Shown here in pieces: positions 19,328-38,515 of a stretch of 64,000 nucleotides of DNA. Both the position numbers and the translations under genes were made by a program. Within the stretch, counting starts at the first letter, position 1. Every line of letters starts with the position of its first letter. The DNA comes from the human T2T-CHM13v2.0 reference genome, Homo sapiens. The stretch is taken from assembly GCF_009914755.1 (NCBI RefSeq), contig NC_060946.1. The stretch is one strand, 5' to 3'. Under the pieces are notes generated by a model, which saw nothing but the letters and a program-made list of their open reading frames with translations, was not told where the DNA came from and searched no databases.

Positions 19328-21114
19328 GATCTGGAGCATTTTTAAAGTATCTGGGTCTATTGACTCGATGACTGGATATGTTCAAATCTGAGTTCTTTAC
19401 TGCAGAGGATTGGCTGTAGTTTTAATCTGGGCAAGACTGGGGAACCCCCAAATAACTCCCCAGAGACTTCTTGTGCTGGAATTGGAGGATTTTCCACACA
19501 CACAAAAGGAAAGAGGGAGTGAGTGTTTAAGTACCACCCTTGGGTGTCTTGGGGTTTTTATGCTCCTCACCTGGGCCCCCTTCCTTTGCCTCCTGAGACA
19601 CCAGATGGATGAGATAGCCCACGGAGGAAACACAGCACTGGAGGAAGAGATGGTCAAGGATAAGCCTTGGGCACATCTACATTCAGGGGATTAGAAAAGA
19701 AAGAAACAATAGCAAAAGAAAATGAGAGAGGTCAGGAAGTCTGGAGGAGAACCAGGAGAAAGCAACTCCATTTATTCTCCTTCCCCCAGAATGGCAGAAT
19801 TATCAGACATCCTGTCTATATCTTGCCCTTCTGTCCTCTGGAGTCCTCTTCACCAGACAGTTAATTTCTTTAAAATGTTAAGTACTTCACCAATTGCTAT
19901 AAACAGCCGTAAGGTGCACATCCAACACCCACCATGCAGATTAAAGTATTAATATGGAGAAAAGGAGCAGCAGAAGAGACAATCAAGTTTAATTTGATTT
20001 TTCCCCAAGTAAAGCATAAGTCAGTACAGAGTGCTGTATCTTAATAGCCTCTGAAGACACCTCTTTCCAAGATAATTAGCTCCCTTTCTCTGGATATTAG
20101 CATTATCAGCTCCAGAGCCTCCTATTAAGAGACCTTTGTTATCCCAATTATTTCTAATATGGCTATAGCTAATTAAAGAATTAACAGTTGAGGTCAAATA
20201 AGAGGAAAGTGGTTGTACTTTTCCTGATTGTCAGTTTCTTCATCTAAAATAACGGGTATAATATCACAGCTCTCTCAGGGTTGTTGAGGAAATTAAATGG
20301 TATGTTTGTCCAGTCCTTTGAATGGTTCTGGCACACATCAAGAACTTAATTATATGGTAGCCATTACTATATAACTGGATACATGAAACCCTTGGAATGT
20401 CCATTTTTCTATCTCATACACTTAGCATTTGCCTTCATAAAACTTTTATTGAAATGAGGCCATACAAATAAGCTAGTAAAATATATAAGCCAGGCACAGT
20501 GGCTTACACCTGCAATCCCAACAATTTGGGAGGCCAAGGCAGGAAGATCTCTTGAGCTCAGAAGTTTGACACCAGCCTGGGAACATGGTGAGACCTTGTT
20601 TTTACCAAAAGTCAAAAAAAATTAGCCGGGCATGGTGGCACATGACTGTAGTCCCAGCTACTTTGGTGGCTGAGGTGGGAGGATCACTTGAGGCTTGAGG
20701 CTGCAGTGAGCTATGATCACACTCCACTACACATCAGTCTGGGTGACAGAGGAAGACCCGGTCTCAAAAATTAAATAAATAAACTTAAAAAATAAAAATA
20801 GGCCGGGCGCAGTGGCTCAAGCCTGTAATCCCAGCACTTTGGGAGGCTGAGGCGGGCAGATCACGAGGTCAGGAGATGGAGACCATCCTGGCTAACACGG
20901 TGAAACCCCGTCTCTACTAAAAATACAAAAAAAATTAGCGGGGTATGGTGGCGGGCGCCTGTAGTCCCAGCTACTCGGGAGGCTGAGGCAGGAGAATGGC
21001 GTGAACCCAGGAGGCGGAGCTTACAGTGAGCCTAGATCGTGCCACTGCACTCCAGCCTGGGCTACAGAGCAAGACTCCGTCTCAAAAAAATAAATAAATA
21101 AAAATAAAAAATAT

Positions 21115-21640
21115 AGTATGTTTTTGGCACAAATCTTACTTTGAGCTGGAGGCATTTGTGATTCAATAGATGCAGAAAGAAACCTTCCTAGAGCTGGCGT
21201 TCTCTAACTAAAAGTGGAAAGTTCTGAGGAATGAGGACTGTTATAAATCCCACCCCACACCGCACCTTCTCCAGGGAAGTTTCATGGCCGTGAAGAGGAC
21301 AGAAAGTGAGAACCAAGATGGAACTGAATAAACAAGCTTCACACTGTTAGTTTCCCCATATGCTTACCTTCCCACAGATGCCAACCTTGGAGGCCTAAGA
21401 GGCCTAGAATATTATCCTTTGTCTGATCATTTCTCTACAAATTTATTGTTCTTTGTTAAGATGCTACATAAGCCCAAATTCTAACCACCCCTTTGAGTTA
21501 CCCATCATCAAGTTTCTCCCATGTGTTAATCAACTCTGTTTCTCTCCTCTTAATCTAGTTTGTGTCAGTCTAATTTGCAGGGTCCCAGCCAGAGAGCCTA
21601 GGAGGGTAGAGGAAAAAGGTTTTTTATCCCTCCGAATATG
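21115..21640 (+). mobile_element. ERV1 (MER4/MER34-group-like) solo LTR, partial
   Basis: 3' part resembles MER4-group LTRs (gtcagtctaatttgcagggtcccagcc...ctaggagggtagagg); subfamily uncertain. Confidence 0.5.
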
Positions 21641-21721
21641 TGTGAAATGATACAGAGCAAAATAAGGCGTGGAAGATAGCTATGGAGTGTGGAAGAGGAG
21701 GATGCTAAGTTAATTAATTAA

Positions 21722-21940
<219 letters not shown>

Positions 21941-22457
21941 TGACCTCAGGTGATCTACCTGCCTTGGCCTCCCAAAGTGCTGGGATTACAGTCTTGAGCC
22001 ACCGCGCCCGGCGAGGATGCTAATTTAAAATAAGAAGGTGGGCAAGGCGTGTTCCCAGTGAACATTTCTTTCCTCTTACTTATGGCTGAGGGCATCCTGA
22101 AGGTTATATTATGTTTCCTAATAAGGTTTGATTGTGGGCTTGGACAGCTTGAAGTTGGCATTAAATATAGTTGAGTCACCAGAGGATGACAATAAATATG
22201 TAAGCATAGGAAAATGCACAGATTGCTGAAGAGGCACATAGGTGTACCAGGCAGGGAACAGGATTGGCCAGATCATGAAATGCCTTCAGTGATGTGATTC
22301 CATGCTTCCTATGACGCTCTGGCCCGAGTCAGGAAGAGACACAAAATCCTCCACTGCATTTCCATAACAGCTGTTTCAAGACTGGACTCTTCATAAAACT
22401 TTACAGAGATTATTGGATCACAGAGAAATAAACACAGGGGAACAATAAATCTAGACT

Positions 22458-23030
22458 CTGTACTGTCTAAAATGGTAGCCACTAGACACATGAGGCTATT
22501 TTTAAATCTGAGTTTGGCCAGTCGTGGTGGCTTATGCCTGTAATCCCAGCACTTTGGGAGGCTGAGGCGGGTGGATCACCTGAGGTCAGGAGTTTGAGAC
22601 CAGCCTGGCCAACATGGCAAAACCCTGTCTCTACTAAAACAAAACAAAACAAAACAAAAATTAGCCAGGCATGGGGGTGTATGCCTGTAACCCCAGCTAC
22701 TCGGGAGGCTGAGGCAAGAGAATCGCTTGAACCCAGGAGGCAGAGGTTGCAGTGAGCCGAGATATTGCGCCACTGCACTCCAGCCTAGGTGATAGAATGG
22801 GACTCCATCTCAAAAAAAAAAAAAAAAAAAAAAGTAAAAAATTAAATAAATAAATAAATCTAAGTTCATCAAAATATCATAAAGAAATCACTTCCTCAGT
22901 TGTACTGGTCACATGTGGCCCAAGAGTGTAGCCACATGCGGCCCAAGACTGTAATAGCCACATAAGGCTAGTTACTAGTGTAGAGATAGAACATTTCCAA
23001 CTTGCAGGAAGTTTTATTGGACTGTACTGG
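22458..23030. mobile_element. MER3-like hAT MITE interrupted by an Alu
   Basis: ctgtactgtctaaaatggtagccactag...gaagttttattggactgtactg. Confidence 0.7.
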
Positions 23031-23048
23031 TTTAGATAATATTTTTAG

Positions 23049-23225
23049 AGTGGTGCTACTCAAGTTTAATGTGTACATGTATTACCTCGTGACCTTGTCA
23101 AAAAGCAGAGTTTGATTCATTAGGTGCAGAATGATTCATTAGGTGCAGATTCATTCATTCTGCATTTCTAATTAGCTCCCTGGTGATCCGATGCTGCTGG
23201 TTCACTACCACCATTTAGTAGCAAG
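23049..23225. mobile_element. MER5A-like hAT MITE with an internal 18-bp tandem duplication
   Basis: ctgcatttctaattagctccctggtgatccgatgctgctgg; tgattcattaggtgcaga occurs twice. Confidence 0.7.
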
Positions 23226-23320
23226 AGCTCAGAGATTGCATCTTGTTCTCCAGTGCTTCTAGAAAATACCTGGTGCCCAGGGAGCTTCTGCATTAACTTC
23301 TATTTTTTTTTTTTTTTTGA

Positions 23321-23485
<165 letters not shown>

Positions 23486-24399
23486 TAGTAGAGACGGGGT
23501 TTCTCCATGTTGGTCAGGCTGGTCTCGAACTCCTGACCTGAGGTGATCCGCCTGCCTCAGCCTCCCAAAGTGCTGGGATTACAGGCGTGAGCCACCATGC
23601 TTGGCCTGCATTAACTTCTTTCACATCCATTCGTGGTCTTATTTTGCCATTGGAGGTAGAATGCCTGCAGGGTATTATCCTCACCGTTCCTTACTAGATG
23701 ATCATAACTTATGGCAGGTGCATGGACTAAAGACCTAAATGCTTATATTAAATTTCTGGCTTTAGCATTTATCAGCTGTGTGAACTTGAGCAAGTCACTT
23801 AACCTCTCTGTGTCTCAGTTTTCATAATCAAAACAGGGAAAATAATAATATCTTAGAATGCTTTCTGAGATTTTGTAAGTAATGTATTCATGTTAGCTAT
23901 TACATTTATTAATCAAATAGGTTCGATTGCAAGCCTCCTTTTCTCATGTATCTCCTCTGTGCTAGGAACTAGGAAAAATAGATATGATCAAGACACAGTT
24001 CCTGACCTTGAAGGGCTCTCAGACAGGATTCCCAGATGTCTGGCATTGGCGTGGGTCTTTGGGAATGAGATTCTAAGTATTGTGTTTAATAAATGAAGCA
24101 GATGTCTCACGATGTCAGATGGCACACATTTCTATGAAAATAAATGCTTCTCTTTTACCTTGCTGCTTGGTGCTTCAGTTGACATTATAGGGCAACCCTG
24201 CTTGTAGCCTAACCAGGCAGATAAGGTACCTACATGTGCAATAGGAAGATATGTCACCAGGCTCAGTCCCTGCACAATGTCACATTCAAGGAAAGACAGC
24301 AAGCAGCCAACATTATTCAAAGCAAATTTATGTTTCTGTGAGTTCCTTTCAAAGCATGTCCCAAAGGATGCAATTTACAACTGAAAGCAGTGCTTTTAA

Positions 24400-24852
<453 letters not shown>

Positions 24853-24871
24853 TGATCTCTTGACCTTGTGA

Positions 24872-25078
<207 letters not shown>

Positions 25079-25081
25079 TAG

Positions 25082-25372
<291 letters not shown>

Positions 25373-25442
25373 TAACAAGGGAGAGTCAGAAACAGACCCC
25401 GAAAGAAAAAACTTCTTCCTTCATAGAAAGGATCTTGGAGGT

Positions 25443-26755
<1,313 letters not shown>

Positions 26756-27320
26756 AGAGCAAGAGTAAAGACAGATAGGATAAGACAACTCATACATGAA
26801 TGATTTCTGTTTCTGTTGGAGATGAAAGTATTACTAGTCACACAGAGAAAGGGCTAGGGGCTAAATGAGCTGCACTGATGGTAAATGCTGATAGAGGCCT
26901 ATGGAGGGGACCTTGTGGCCCAGGGCAGCAAGAAATGCTGCATTGGAGAGATGGGGTACATGCGAGTGACAATGGGAAGAGTTGGTAGCTGGAGAGAACT
27001 GGGAAAGCCTTCAGGTAAGGGGAGTGATTTAAGCACAACTGTGTGAGCAGAAATATGCAAGAGGTGCTATAGGAAGAGTAGGGAGGCTGCCACTGATCCC
27101 ATCTATCTTCCCTGTCTGACTTGGCTGAGGCCATTCCAGACAATTCTCTGAATATGTTATGCATTTTCACATCTGCAGGCATTTGCAGAGACCTCTTCTT
27201 CTGCCTATAACAACTTTTCTGCCTTCCTCCCTTGTCTTTTCAAGACCCAGCCCAAGGCTCCTTCCCTACAGTTCCCAGTCTCAAAAAGGTGAATCTCGAG
27301 CCCGTTTTCATGGCTCATAA

Positions 27321-27753
<433 letters not shown>

Positions 27754-28927
27754 TGAGCCACCGCGCCTGGCCTCGACTTGTTCTTTCTACTATCCCACAT
27801 TTAGTAAAGAAGGGAAAGAAACTCTTTCCCAGGTCAATAATCAACCTCAAATGTATCCTTTTGCTCTAATTCTCATTTCCAAATGGCAGGCTTTCTTACA
27901 GCGGGGCCCACCCGCCCAGGCTGGCCAGGCTGACAGCCCAATTCTGTAGGAGCCCTTGGCTGTGAATTTCTACAGTAGCTGAAACTGCGAGGAGCTTCCC
28001 GAGGCTCCCCGAGAGAACTGGAGGGCCCCAGGCTCTTCCCACGGCATCCTTGATCATGTTCTCGTTTCCTCCTCCAGAAACGTGGGGCTAAAATAAGCCC
28101 AGAAGCTGAGGAAGGGCTGAGTCAGACCCTCAGAGTGGAGCAATCACTGCACGGCTGCTCCTTGTAAGAAACATCCCGTTGCGCCTGAGTTGTTTATTGC
28201 CAGGAGCTGTAAGTGAAAAATGAGCTCTCTTAAGCCAGGCTGGGAGCAGGCTCCTCTTCCTGGAGATGGCACGATGCTTCACAGCTTGGAAACGTTCTGT
28301 GCCAGTATAAAAGGGGTGGCATACATCCCTCGGAGCAGGAAAGCCTGATGACAAAGGGGAAGGAGCCTGGGCTGGAAGCCAAGTGGCACTAGGGTTAGTC
28401 TCAACTTCATTGCTTACCAGATATGTCAAATGAATGATACCCTTACCTGCTGAGAGTCTACCTTTTCTCAGTTGCAAGATTAAAATGTAAGCCAGATGAT
28501 GTCTGAGTTTCTTTCTGGCCCCGGCTTTCTTTTGGTTTGTCCAAGCAGCTCCGCAAACTCACTCTCAGGCCCTAAATGATGTGGGCTGTTAACGGTGGAG
28601 AAAGGAATTCCGACGTGGCCTATGGCAGCCGTTGCTTCATTGAGTCTGGTTCAATCAGCACCCACTGATTGGGCACCTCTGCTGTCCAGGCATCTGGGAA
28701 ATGGCTGGGGATACAGAGGTGAAGAAGACAGGGTTTCTTCAGGAACTCACTTTCCAGCAGGTGAGAGTATGAGTAGAAAAGGTGGACAAAACAAAAAGCT
28801 GCTTAACAACACAAACTCCTTTGCTAAGCCCTGAATGAATGATCCGGACAAGCTGCTCAGAATGAGGAACGGTTCACAAGAGTCCAGGTGGGAGTGGGCT
28901 TTAGCCGGAAATTCAATTCTGTTACCA

Positions 28928-29320
<393 letters not shown>

Positions 29321-29738
29321 TAGATTTTTCCCATCTCAGTGAAGTTTTATTGAGAAAGAGGTCAGTAAGAAATGATTAGAGAGGTCAAAATTTACCTTCT
29401 TCAGATGATCTAACATTTTAATGTCCATGTAGTTTTTCCCAGACAGCAAGAATAATTCAGGGTTGGTTTTCATCCCAAAGTTTCCCCATACTTAAGAGAA
29501 AAACCATTCACACGCAGTGATGGGGGCCACTTAACTGAAAATACTTCTAATGCAAAAGAGTAAGAGACTAAATCATTACTGAAGAGTTCAGGTCCTATTT
29601 CAATGATACTCTCTCTCTCAGATTCACCACAGTCAGCACTTCCAAAATGTCTTTCAAACATTTAAAAAACATTTATTAATGACATTTGCATTTTAAGCCA
29701 TAATTAAAACAAATGTTAAGATTTAATGACATATTTTA

Positions 29739-30038
<300 letters not shown>

Positions 30039-30225
30039 TTAAAAAGCTACATTTAGTCAGGCGCAGTGGCTCATGCCTGTAATCCCAGCACTTTAGGAGA
30101 CTGAAACTGGAAAATCACTTGAGGCTGGTAGTTTGAGACCAGCCTGGGAAACAAAGCAATATCCTGTCTCTACAAAAAATGTTTTAAAAATGAGCTGGGC
30201 ACAGTGGCACATACCAGTTGACCTA

Positions 30226-30345
<120 letters not shown>

Positions 30346-32096
30346 TTAAAGGCTTTATTTAATTTTATGATTTTCTCATTGGGATTTTTTTTTTGCCATC
30401 AACTTTTTAGTTTGAAGCTTGAAAAATGAATTAAAATAAGCAAAATTTGAGACATCATGCATATAGAAAATGAATAAAACAAATGGAAGACTGAATAAAA
30501 TGTACTATATTATATATTCATAAAGCAAACGCTATATAACCACCAATCAGGTTCTATGGATTCCCTCTTTTTTCATCTAAATTACATGTGTGCCGTTGTA
30601 ACTATAACTGTAATGCAGCACATAAGGCACCTAGGATGCTTCCTGATATACACTCAGTACTCAGCGTGTACTCATCCTAATTGTGAGTCACTGATTCATT
30701 CAACAAACATTCACTGAGTTTATATTATATGCCAGCTTTGTATCAAGCACTGGAGAAAGAAAAATGGCTAAACATAGTGCTCCATCCCATCTCCACGAGG
30801 GAGACAGACACGTGCAACTGAAAGTGATTACAGCTCAAGTTAGTGGAGAGCTCTCCCCAGTGACCCCAGGGCATAGAAGAAGGAGTGGTTTTTCTGCAGA
30901 AGGAAAAGGAGTTTGCCCATGAGCACGGTGGGAAGAGAGCTGTTGTTCCATCACAAGTAATGACATGAACAGAGTCACAGAGACCTGGGTGAGCAGCCTC
31001 ATCCCTGTGCACGGTGGGGCAGGAAGGATGGGGGTTGGGGGATGGATCAGGGAAAGCTGAAGTTTTTCTTTGGAAACAGGGGAACTAGTAGAATCCTGTA
31101 AGTACATCAACTCTATGGCGAAGATTTTTCTGACAATGGGGTGGAAGTTTTGAGCTTATGTGGAAACATCATTTACCTCCACATAGTAATAATAATAATT
31201 ACTAATATTATTATTAGCAATTATACTACTGTTGCTGAGCCTCCTGAGCATTGCATATGTATTATGTCATTTATCACCACAAAAAGCCCCTGAGGTGTCT
31301 ACTATTATTACTGAGAGGCAGTAGAATTTAATTATTATGAATGCATGCTCTGAAGCTAGATTATTTGTGTTAAGGTCCTGGCTCCACATTTAGGCAAGTA
31401 GCTTAATCTCCCCATGACCTAGTTTTCTTATCTTTATAATGAGGTAATAAAAGTGTCAAGCTGATGAGGTTGTGGAAAGGATTTAATAAAATTCTACCTG
31501 TGAAATGTTTAAAATAATGTCTGTCCAATACATTGTGTTTAATGAAGGTTGCCTTTTATTGACCCATTTCACAGAGGAGAAAACTGAGGCTTGGGGAGAG
31601 GAGGTCACATTTCAAAGGTCACCTGGCCAGTAATTTGAAGGTTCTGGATTCAAACCCAGGAAGTCTCAACACAGAGCCCCATCTCTCTACCATCTAACAA
31701 GCCAGGTTTGGTTGCTAAAGTTGGGGCTTTCTCTGGCAAACTTTTGACATGCTTAACTCTGTTTCAAGGACTTTCTTTTTTAAATTAAAAAAAAAAAAAG
31801 TTAACAGACAGGATCTGGCTCTGTTGTCCAGGCAGGAGTGCAGTGGCTATTTATAGGAATGATCATGGCACACTGCAGCCTGGAACTCCTGAGCTCAAGT
31901 GATCTTCCCGTCTCAGCCTCCTGACTAGCTGGGACTGCAGGCATGCACCACCATGCCTGATTCAAGGACCTTCTTAAGTCATCGCCTGCCAAAAGGTCCA
32001 GCCAGAAGGGGATGAGGAAATGTACCTTTATTTGCTTATTGCTACCTAAAGTTACCATTAATTAATTAATGGATTTTATCAAACATTTATTCACTT

Positions 32097-32503
32097 ATGG
32101 ATATAGTTTCAATGTTTGCCACCTCCAAATCTCATGTTGAAATGTGATCTCCAATGTTGGAGGTGGGGCCTAGTGGGAGTGGGAGATGTTTGAATTACGT
32201 GGGCAGATCTCTCAAGAATGACTTGGTGTCCTCCCTGCAATAATGAGTTCACTGGAGATCTGGTTGTTTAAAGGAGCCTGGCATCTCCTCCTCTCCTTCT
32301 TGCTCCTGCTCTTGCCATGTGACACCACCTGCTCCACCTGCATCTTCTGCCATAATTGTAAGATTCCTGAGGCCCTCACCAGAAGCAGATGCCAGCAGCA
32401 TGCTTATTGCACAGTCTGTAGAACCGTGAGCCAAATAAATCTCTGTTCTCTGTAAATCACCCAGTCTCAGGGAATCCTTTACGGCAATGCAAAGTGAACT
32501 AAC
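32097..32503 (+). mobile_element. MSTB-like MaLR LTR
   Basis: ctccaaatctcatgttgaaatgtgatctccaatgttggaggtggggcct...gaactaaca. Confidence 0.8.
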
Positions 32504-35500
32504 ACGCTTACTCATCCCCTAAGTGTTCAGCATCAAATTTTGTCATTTCACATAAATTATCTCAGATACTGTCCACCACCAAAACTGTCTGACTATTCCC
32601 ATTTTCTAAGTGGGGACATTGATGCTCAGAGGAGTTAAATAACCTGTTCAAGGCCAGACAATTGCTATTGACATTGCAATGTCTACCCCACACCATCTGC
32701 AGGGGTGGGGCCTGATTAATGTGAGCTAGTCACAGAAATCACATCTCCATTTCCAGTGGGAGAATTCAGGCCTAAGCCAATTAGTGCAGAGCATCCTGCC
32801 AGCTGTAGGGATTAGTTCAGAAATGAGCGTACGTTTTGAATAAAAAAGGTGCAAGGGGAAATTTTCTGGGGCTTCTGCAGATATTGTCCTCTCTCTCTGG
32901 AGAAAGCATCAGCAGGAGCCAGTTTGATCCTCTGACATTGCTGTGTGTGGATATGAGTTCTGGGGATACTGCAGCCACCTCACAAGAAGCTTGTGCGTGA
33001 CACTGGTGCAGCGGTGGGAATGGCCAGGAGCATCACAGAGACCACTGGATAAAGCCAATCCTGAAGCTTCCTGCTATGTGGGCCAACAGATGTCCTTATT
33101 GTTCCAACGGTCTGAGTAAGAATTTCTGCACAGTTCGCACAGCGCGGAATTTGGTTCCAAGTCCAAGTCCAAACTGGGGCTACTCCCCAATCCGTGCCTT
33201 CCTACCATGCACGGCTGCAGACTTGGTTCTTCTAGTTGTTTACCATCTGGCAGGAGGTTTTTGGCATTCTGTTGTAGTGGCAGATTTGGTCATCAGTCAC
33301 AATGCCAAGCTGATGGTGGTTTGAGTCATTGCTTTTCTGTTGGCCTATTTCTTTCATAATAAATATGTATCGCTTAGATAATAAAAACAACAAAGGGGAA
33401 AATTCCATGTGAGGCAGAGGTAAACAAAAAAGCTCTGCTTTTAGGAGGCTTATATAAAGATCAAGCTGTATGATGTGTGTTGAGCATGCTTTAAAGAATG
33501 CCAAACTGGGTGGGGCCCAAGACAGATAAAAGACACTAAGCCTTTTATCATACCACTAGGCACCAGTGACTTTTGAGACCTGGCAATTAATTAGGAGGAG
33601 CTGGTTGTAGTTATTATCAAACCTCCCTAATTTCCCCAAGTGAATGGGTGAGGGCTGGGTTGAGGAGAGATGGGGGAGAGGTGGTAAGAATCCTCTGAAG
33701 CCCATTTCTGGAACCTTGGTTTCTCAGGATCGCCGCTTCCTTGGTGGATTTCCTTTCTGCTCTCCTCCAAGTGTCCCTTGTGAGACTCTGACTCCGTAGG
33801 ACTGGCCCCAGCTAACCCTTTGTTGCTAAGGATGTATCATCTTGCTGGGCTTTACCAAGGGCGTTAATAAAACAGCTTCTATGATTATAGCCACACAAAG
33901 GTAGGCAAGGAAAAGACCCTAATTTGGAAAGCAGAAACCCACTCTGCAGCTGGAGCCCAACTCCTGACCTTCCCACCCCCAAAGGCATAGGATAAGATTC
34001 CTTTCCCCTAGCTGATTGGATTAATTTCAGCCTCACTGACAATTCCCCCCGTCCAGACTCATTTATCTACTGTTGTTTTTAACCTCAAAAAACGTCATGG
34101 CAACAAAGATCAGAGGAAAGATCACAGTGTCGAGTCAGAGAGACATATGCATTTGCATCCCACCTCTGCCTCTTGCTAGAACTCTGATTTTGAGAAGGTT
34201 GCTTGAGGTCAGCTCCCTCATCTGTAGGGGGTTGTGATGAAATAAATGATGTAATAGAAACCTTATAAATGCATGAAATTACTGAGGAATTTATGTGCTT
34301 CTGGAGGAATTATGGGGCGGGGAAGCAAGAGAGATGCCTTTATTTTCTCCCAGGAATGACAGTGGAAAGCAAGGAAGAGTGTTACAACTGAGGGAACAGA
34401 CAGTGGAAGGCCTGGGGACAAATAAAGTCCAATATAGCTGGAACGTAGAATATGGGAAATAAATGAAGGCTTGAGATCTGAGGGTTCAAAGCCATATAAG
34501 GACTTAGCACATTATCCCAAGAGAAGGGAGGAGCCATTGAAGGGTTTTAAGCAAGGGAATAGCTTGACATGTGTTTTTAAAACTTTACTGTGCCTGTGTA
34601 GAGAATAGTTTGCAGGGGGTCAAGGCTGGAGCTGGCAGCCCAGTTAGGAGGCTGATGAACTAGTCCAGAGGATGGGTGGTGGCCTGAGCCAGAAAGACAA
34701 AAGTGGGATCGAGAAAAGTGGATGGCTGTGCCACTTGCTATGGCTTCAAGGAAGTTACTTAACCTCACTTAAGTTACTTAACCTTCACTGAGTTAAGTCT
34801 CACGTTTTTCCCCATTGTTTATGGAGGACAGTAATAGTATGTGCATCCTAGAGTTTTTAGGGGATTAAACGAGAGAATGCATATACAGCGCATAGCACAG
34901 CATCTGCCACATCGTATGCGCTGGCAAGATGGAAGCGACTATTACCATTGTTAGTAGTGGAAGTCATGTTGGCAAATATCACAGGGCGCATTCGGGGCAT
35001 GCTGCTTAAATGAATGAAATAAGTGAATAGACAGTGAGTGCCAGAAAAGGCCCTTTTCAAGACTGAAATCTTGTTTAAAAGGTATAAATAGTCCTGGTGA
35101 GGAAGGACAGAGAGAGGTAGGAAGGGTTGTTGTGTAAAGAGGTCAATGTGCTCTCTTGGTGAGCTCTTCTGAGAGTTAGGACACAAAGAGAATGTGTCCA
35201 AATGGTGAACAGGTGGGGCAAGCAGGCTGGAGTCCTTTTGAAGAGGGTCAGGAAACAAAAGCCTGCAAGCAGCACAGATGTGTGAAAAAGCTATTTTTAG
35301 TCTGGTACAAAAAGCCCACAGGAGAAGTACCACCCCTAACCGTAGTCCTCTTTGTCTCTGTCTTCTCTGCCAGGAAAATCAATCATCATGTCAGGAGGGC
35401 AGGTGTTAAAATTGGTCAGAGGAAATAAAAATCCAAGAGAAATGAAGATACAGTGAGAGAATGTCATGCTCTATTAAATGCGTTCAAGTCTCGTTGCTCA

Positions 35501-35614
35501 GAGAAATGACATGTTAGGGTTCAACTCAAAATATAAATGTTTTGTTGTTTTTGTAGGTTTTAAAGGAATATATGCTCATTTTAAGACTCAAACTATCAAT
35601 AGAAACTATTTTAA

Positions 35615-36061
<447 letters not shown>

Positions 36062-36335
36062 TGACTTGCCCAGAGTTGCACAGCTTGTTCTATGACCTGC
36101 TCATTTGGACAAGTTACTTAATCTCCCTATGCCTCAGTTGGTTCAACTGTTACAGAGGATAAGGACCCAACTGGTTGGGCTGACTTGAGTTTCAAATTCT
36201 CTCTCCCAGTAGACTGAAGTGTGCTTAGACATTAGAACCACACTCTCGTTCAAAATCTTCTTTTACAACTTACTAACTTTATGTCTTTGGGCAAGCCATA
36301 TAGCCGTGTGCCTCAGCTCCTCTTCTGAAAACTAG

Positions 36336-36593
<258 letters not shown>

Positions 36594-37599
36594 TGATCCG
36601 CCTGCCTCAGCCTCCCAAAGTGCTGGGATTACAGGCGTGAGCCACCGCGCCCGGCTGAAAACTGGAGATCTTAATAGTGACAATGGGCTGTTGCAAGGAT
36701 TAAATTAGCTAATAGAGGCTAAATGCTTATATTAGTACCTGCTCTCTCATAGCTAATAGCTGATATTAATATAATTGGTAGCAGTAGTATTTCTATCCTG
36801 TCTTGTTAGGACAACATAACTTATCCCAGCAAGGTTCATTAGAAGAAAAAGAACGGACTTCCCAGGGCAGGCAGATCTGTTCTGAGAATTCAAGGAGCTC
36901 ACACCTGTGAAACACTCAGAATAGTGCCTGGAAAATAGTCATGCTTATGCCCATGTTTAGTTATTATTATCTATAAATTCCACAACACAGCTCTTAACTT
37001 CTATTTGCTACTTCTTCACACTGCATTATGCCTAAAAAAACTCATCATCCAGAGACAGATATTGTTGATAGTTTCTTGTGTATCTTCCCTTACTTTTGAA
37101 GCAACTGCATAAATGTGTTTCTATGCCAGGTTCACATTTAACTGAGTTAAACATAGTGGGTGTGAACTCTGGCATTGGCAGATAGTGGCTCTGTGGCCTT
37201 AGGGAGGTAATTTCACTTGCCTGAATCATAGTTTCCTTATCTGCAAAATGAGGATAATAATCTCATAGAGTGGTAGTGAGGACAAAACATACCATTTTAA
37301 GGCACTTAGAACAGAATCTTGTCACATAGGCTTGAAAAAGACTTAGTAATTTAAAACAGATGTTCTATGCAATGGCCAGAGTAATCCTTATAAATCAGAT
37401 TGTGTTACTTTTCTGCTTAAACTCTGAAATTTTCTTATTGTATTTGGAATTAAATTCATATGCCTTACCTTGGTCTATGTGAAGGGTCTTGGTGTCCTGA
37501 AAAATGTTATTTTCATTTGCTACCTAGTTCAGAACTGAGGGAGATATAGATGAATGTTTGGTGTGTGTCGTTTACATCTGTGGGATAGTAGATATTACA

Positions 37600-38515
37600 A
37601 ACTAAATTGTGCCTCTCACCCACCCAAATTAACATGTTGAAGTTCTGACCCCCCATTATGACCATATTTGGAAGTAGGGCCTTTAAAGTGCTCAAAAATA
37701 TTCCAGTTGCAGTCCTAGCATATGCAGACATGAGAAGTGGGGGATATGAATTTTCCTACTAACAATCTCCAAGGCCAGGCCGGGCACAGTGGCTCACGGC
37801 TGTAATCCCAGCACTTTGGGAGGATGAGGAGGATGGATCACGAGGTCAGGAGTTCAAGACCAGCCTGGCTAAGATGGTGAAACCCATTCTCCATCGCTCC
37901 TGCCTGGGCGATAGAGTGAGACTACCTCTCAAAGAAAAAAAAAAAAAAGAATCTACAAGGCCATGAAGGAGAGGCCCTAATTCAATATGACTGGTGTCCC
38001 TCTAAAGAAGAGAAGAGGCCAGGCGAGGTGGCTCATGCCTGTAATCCCAGCACTTTGGGAGGTCAAGGCGGGGGAATCACGAAGTCAGGAGATGGAGACC
38101 ATCCTGGCCAACATGGTGAAACCTCGTCTCTACTAAAAATAAAAAAAAATTAGCTGGGCATGGTGGCACACACCTGTAGTCCCAGCTACTCGGGACGCTG
38201 AGGCAGAAAAATTGCTTGAACTGGGAGGCGGCGGTTGCAGTGAGCCAACATTGCACCACTGCACTCCAGCCTGGCAACAGAGCAAGACTCTGTCTCAAAA
38301 AAAAAAAAAAAAAAAAAGAGATACCAGGGATGCACCTATAGAGAAAAGGCCGTGTGAGAACACAGCATGAAAGTGACCATCTGTAAGACATAAAGAGAGG
38401 CCTCAGGAGAAACCAAACCTACTGACACCTCCATCGTGGACTTCCAGTCTCTAGAACTGTGAGCGAACAAACTTCTGTTGTTTAAGTCATGCAGTCTGTG
38501 GTATTTTGTTACGGC
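37600..38515 (+). mobile_element. MLT1-type LTR interrupted by two Alus
   Basis: ggacttccagtctctagaactgtgag...tgtggtattttgttacggcatccctagaaaactaataca. Confidence 0.75.

Noticed and set aside
22908-22965. Short direct repeats (cacatg.ggcccaaga.tgta), also at 23114-23150 and 34752-34790
   Set aside because: Two-copy local slippage duplications inside old repeats; not an array or CRISPR.
34857-35333. 158-aa ORF in partly unique sequence
   Set aside because: No recognisable domain or splice architecture; overlaps MIR-like sequence.
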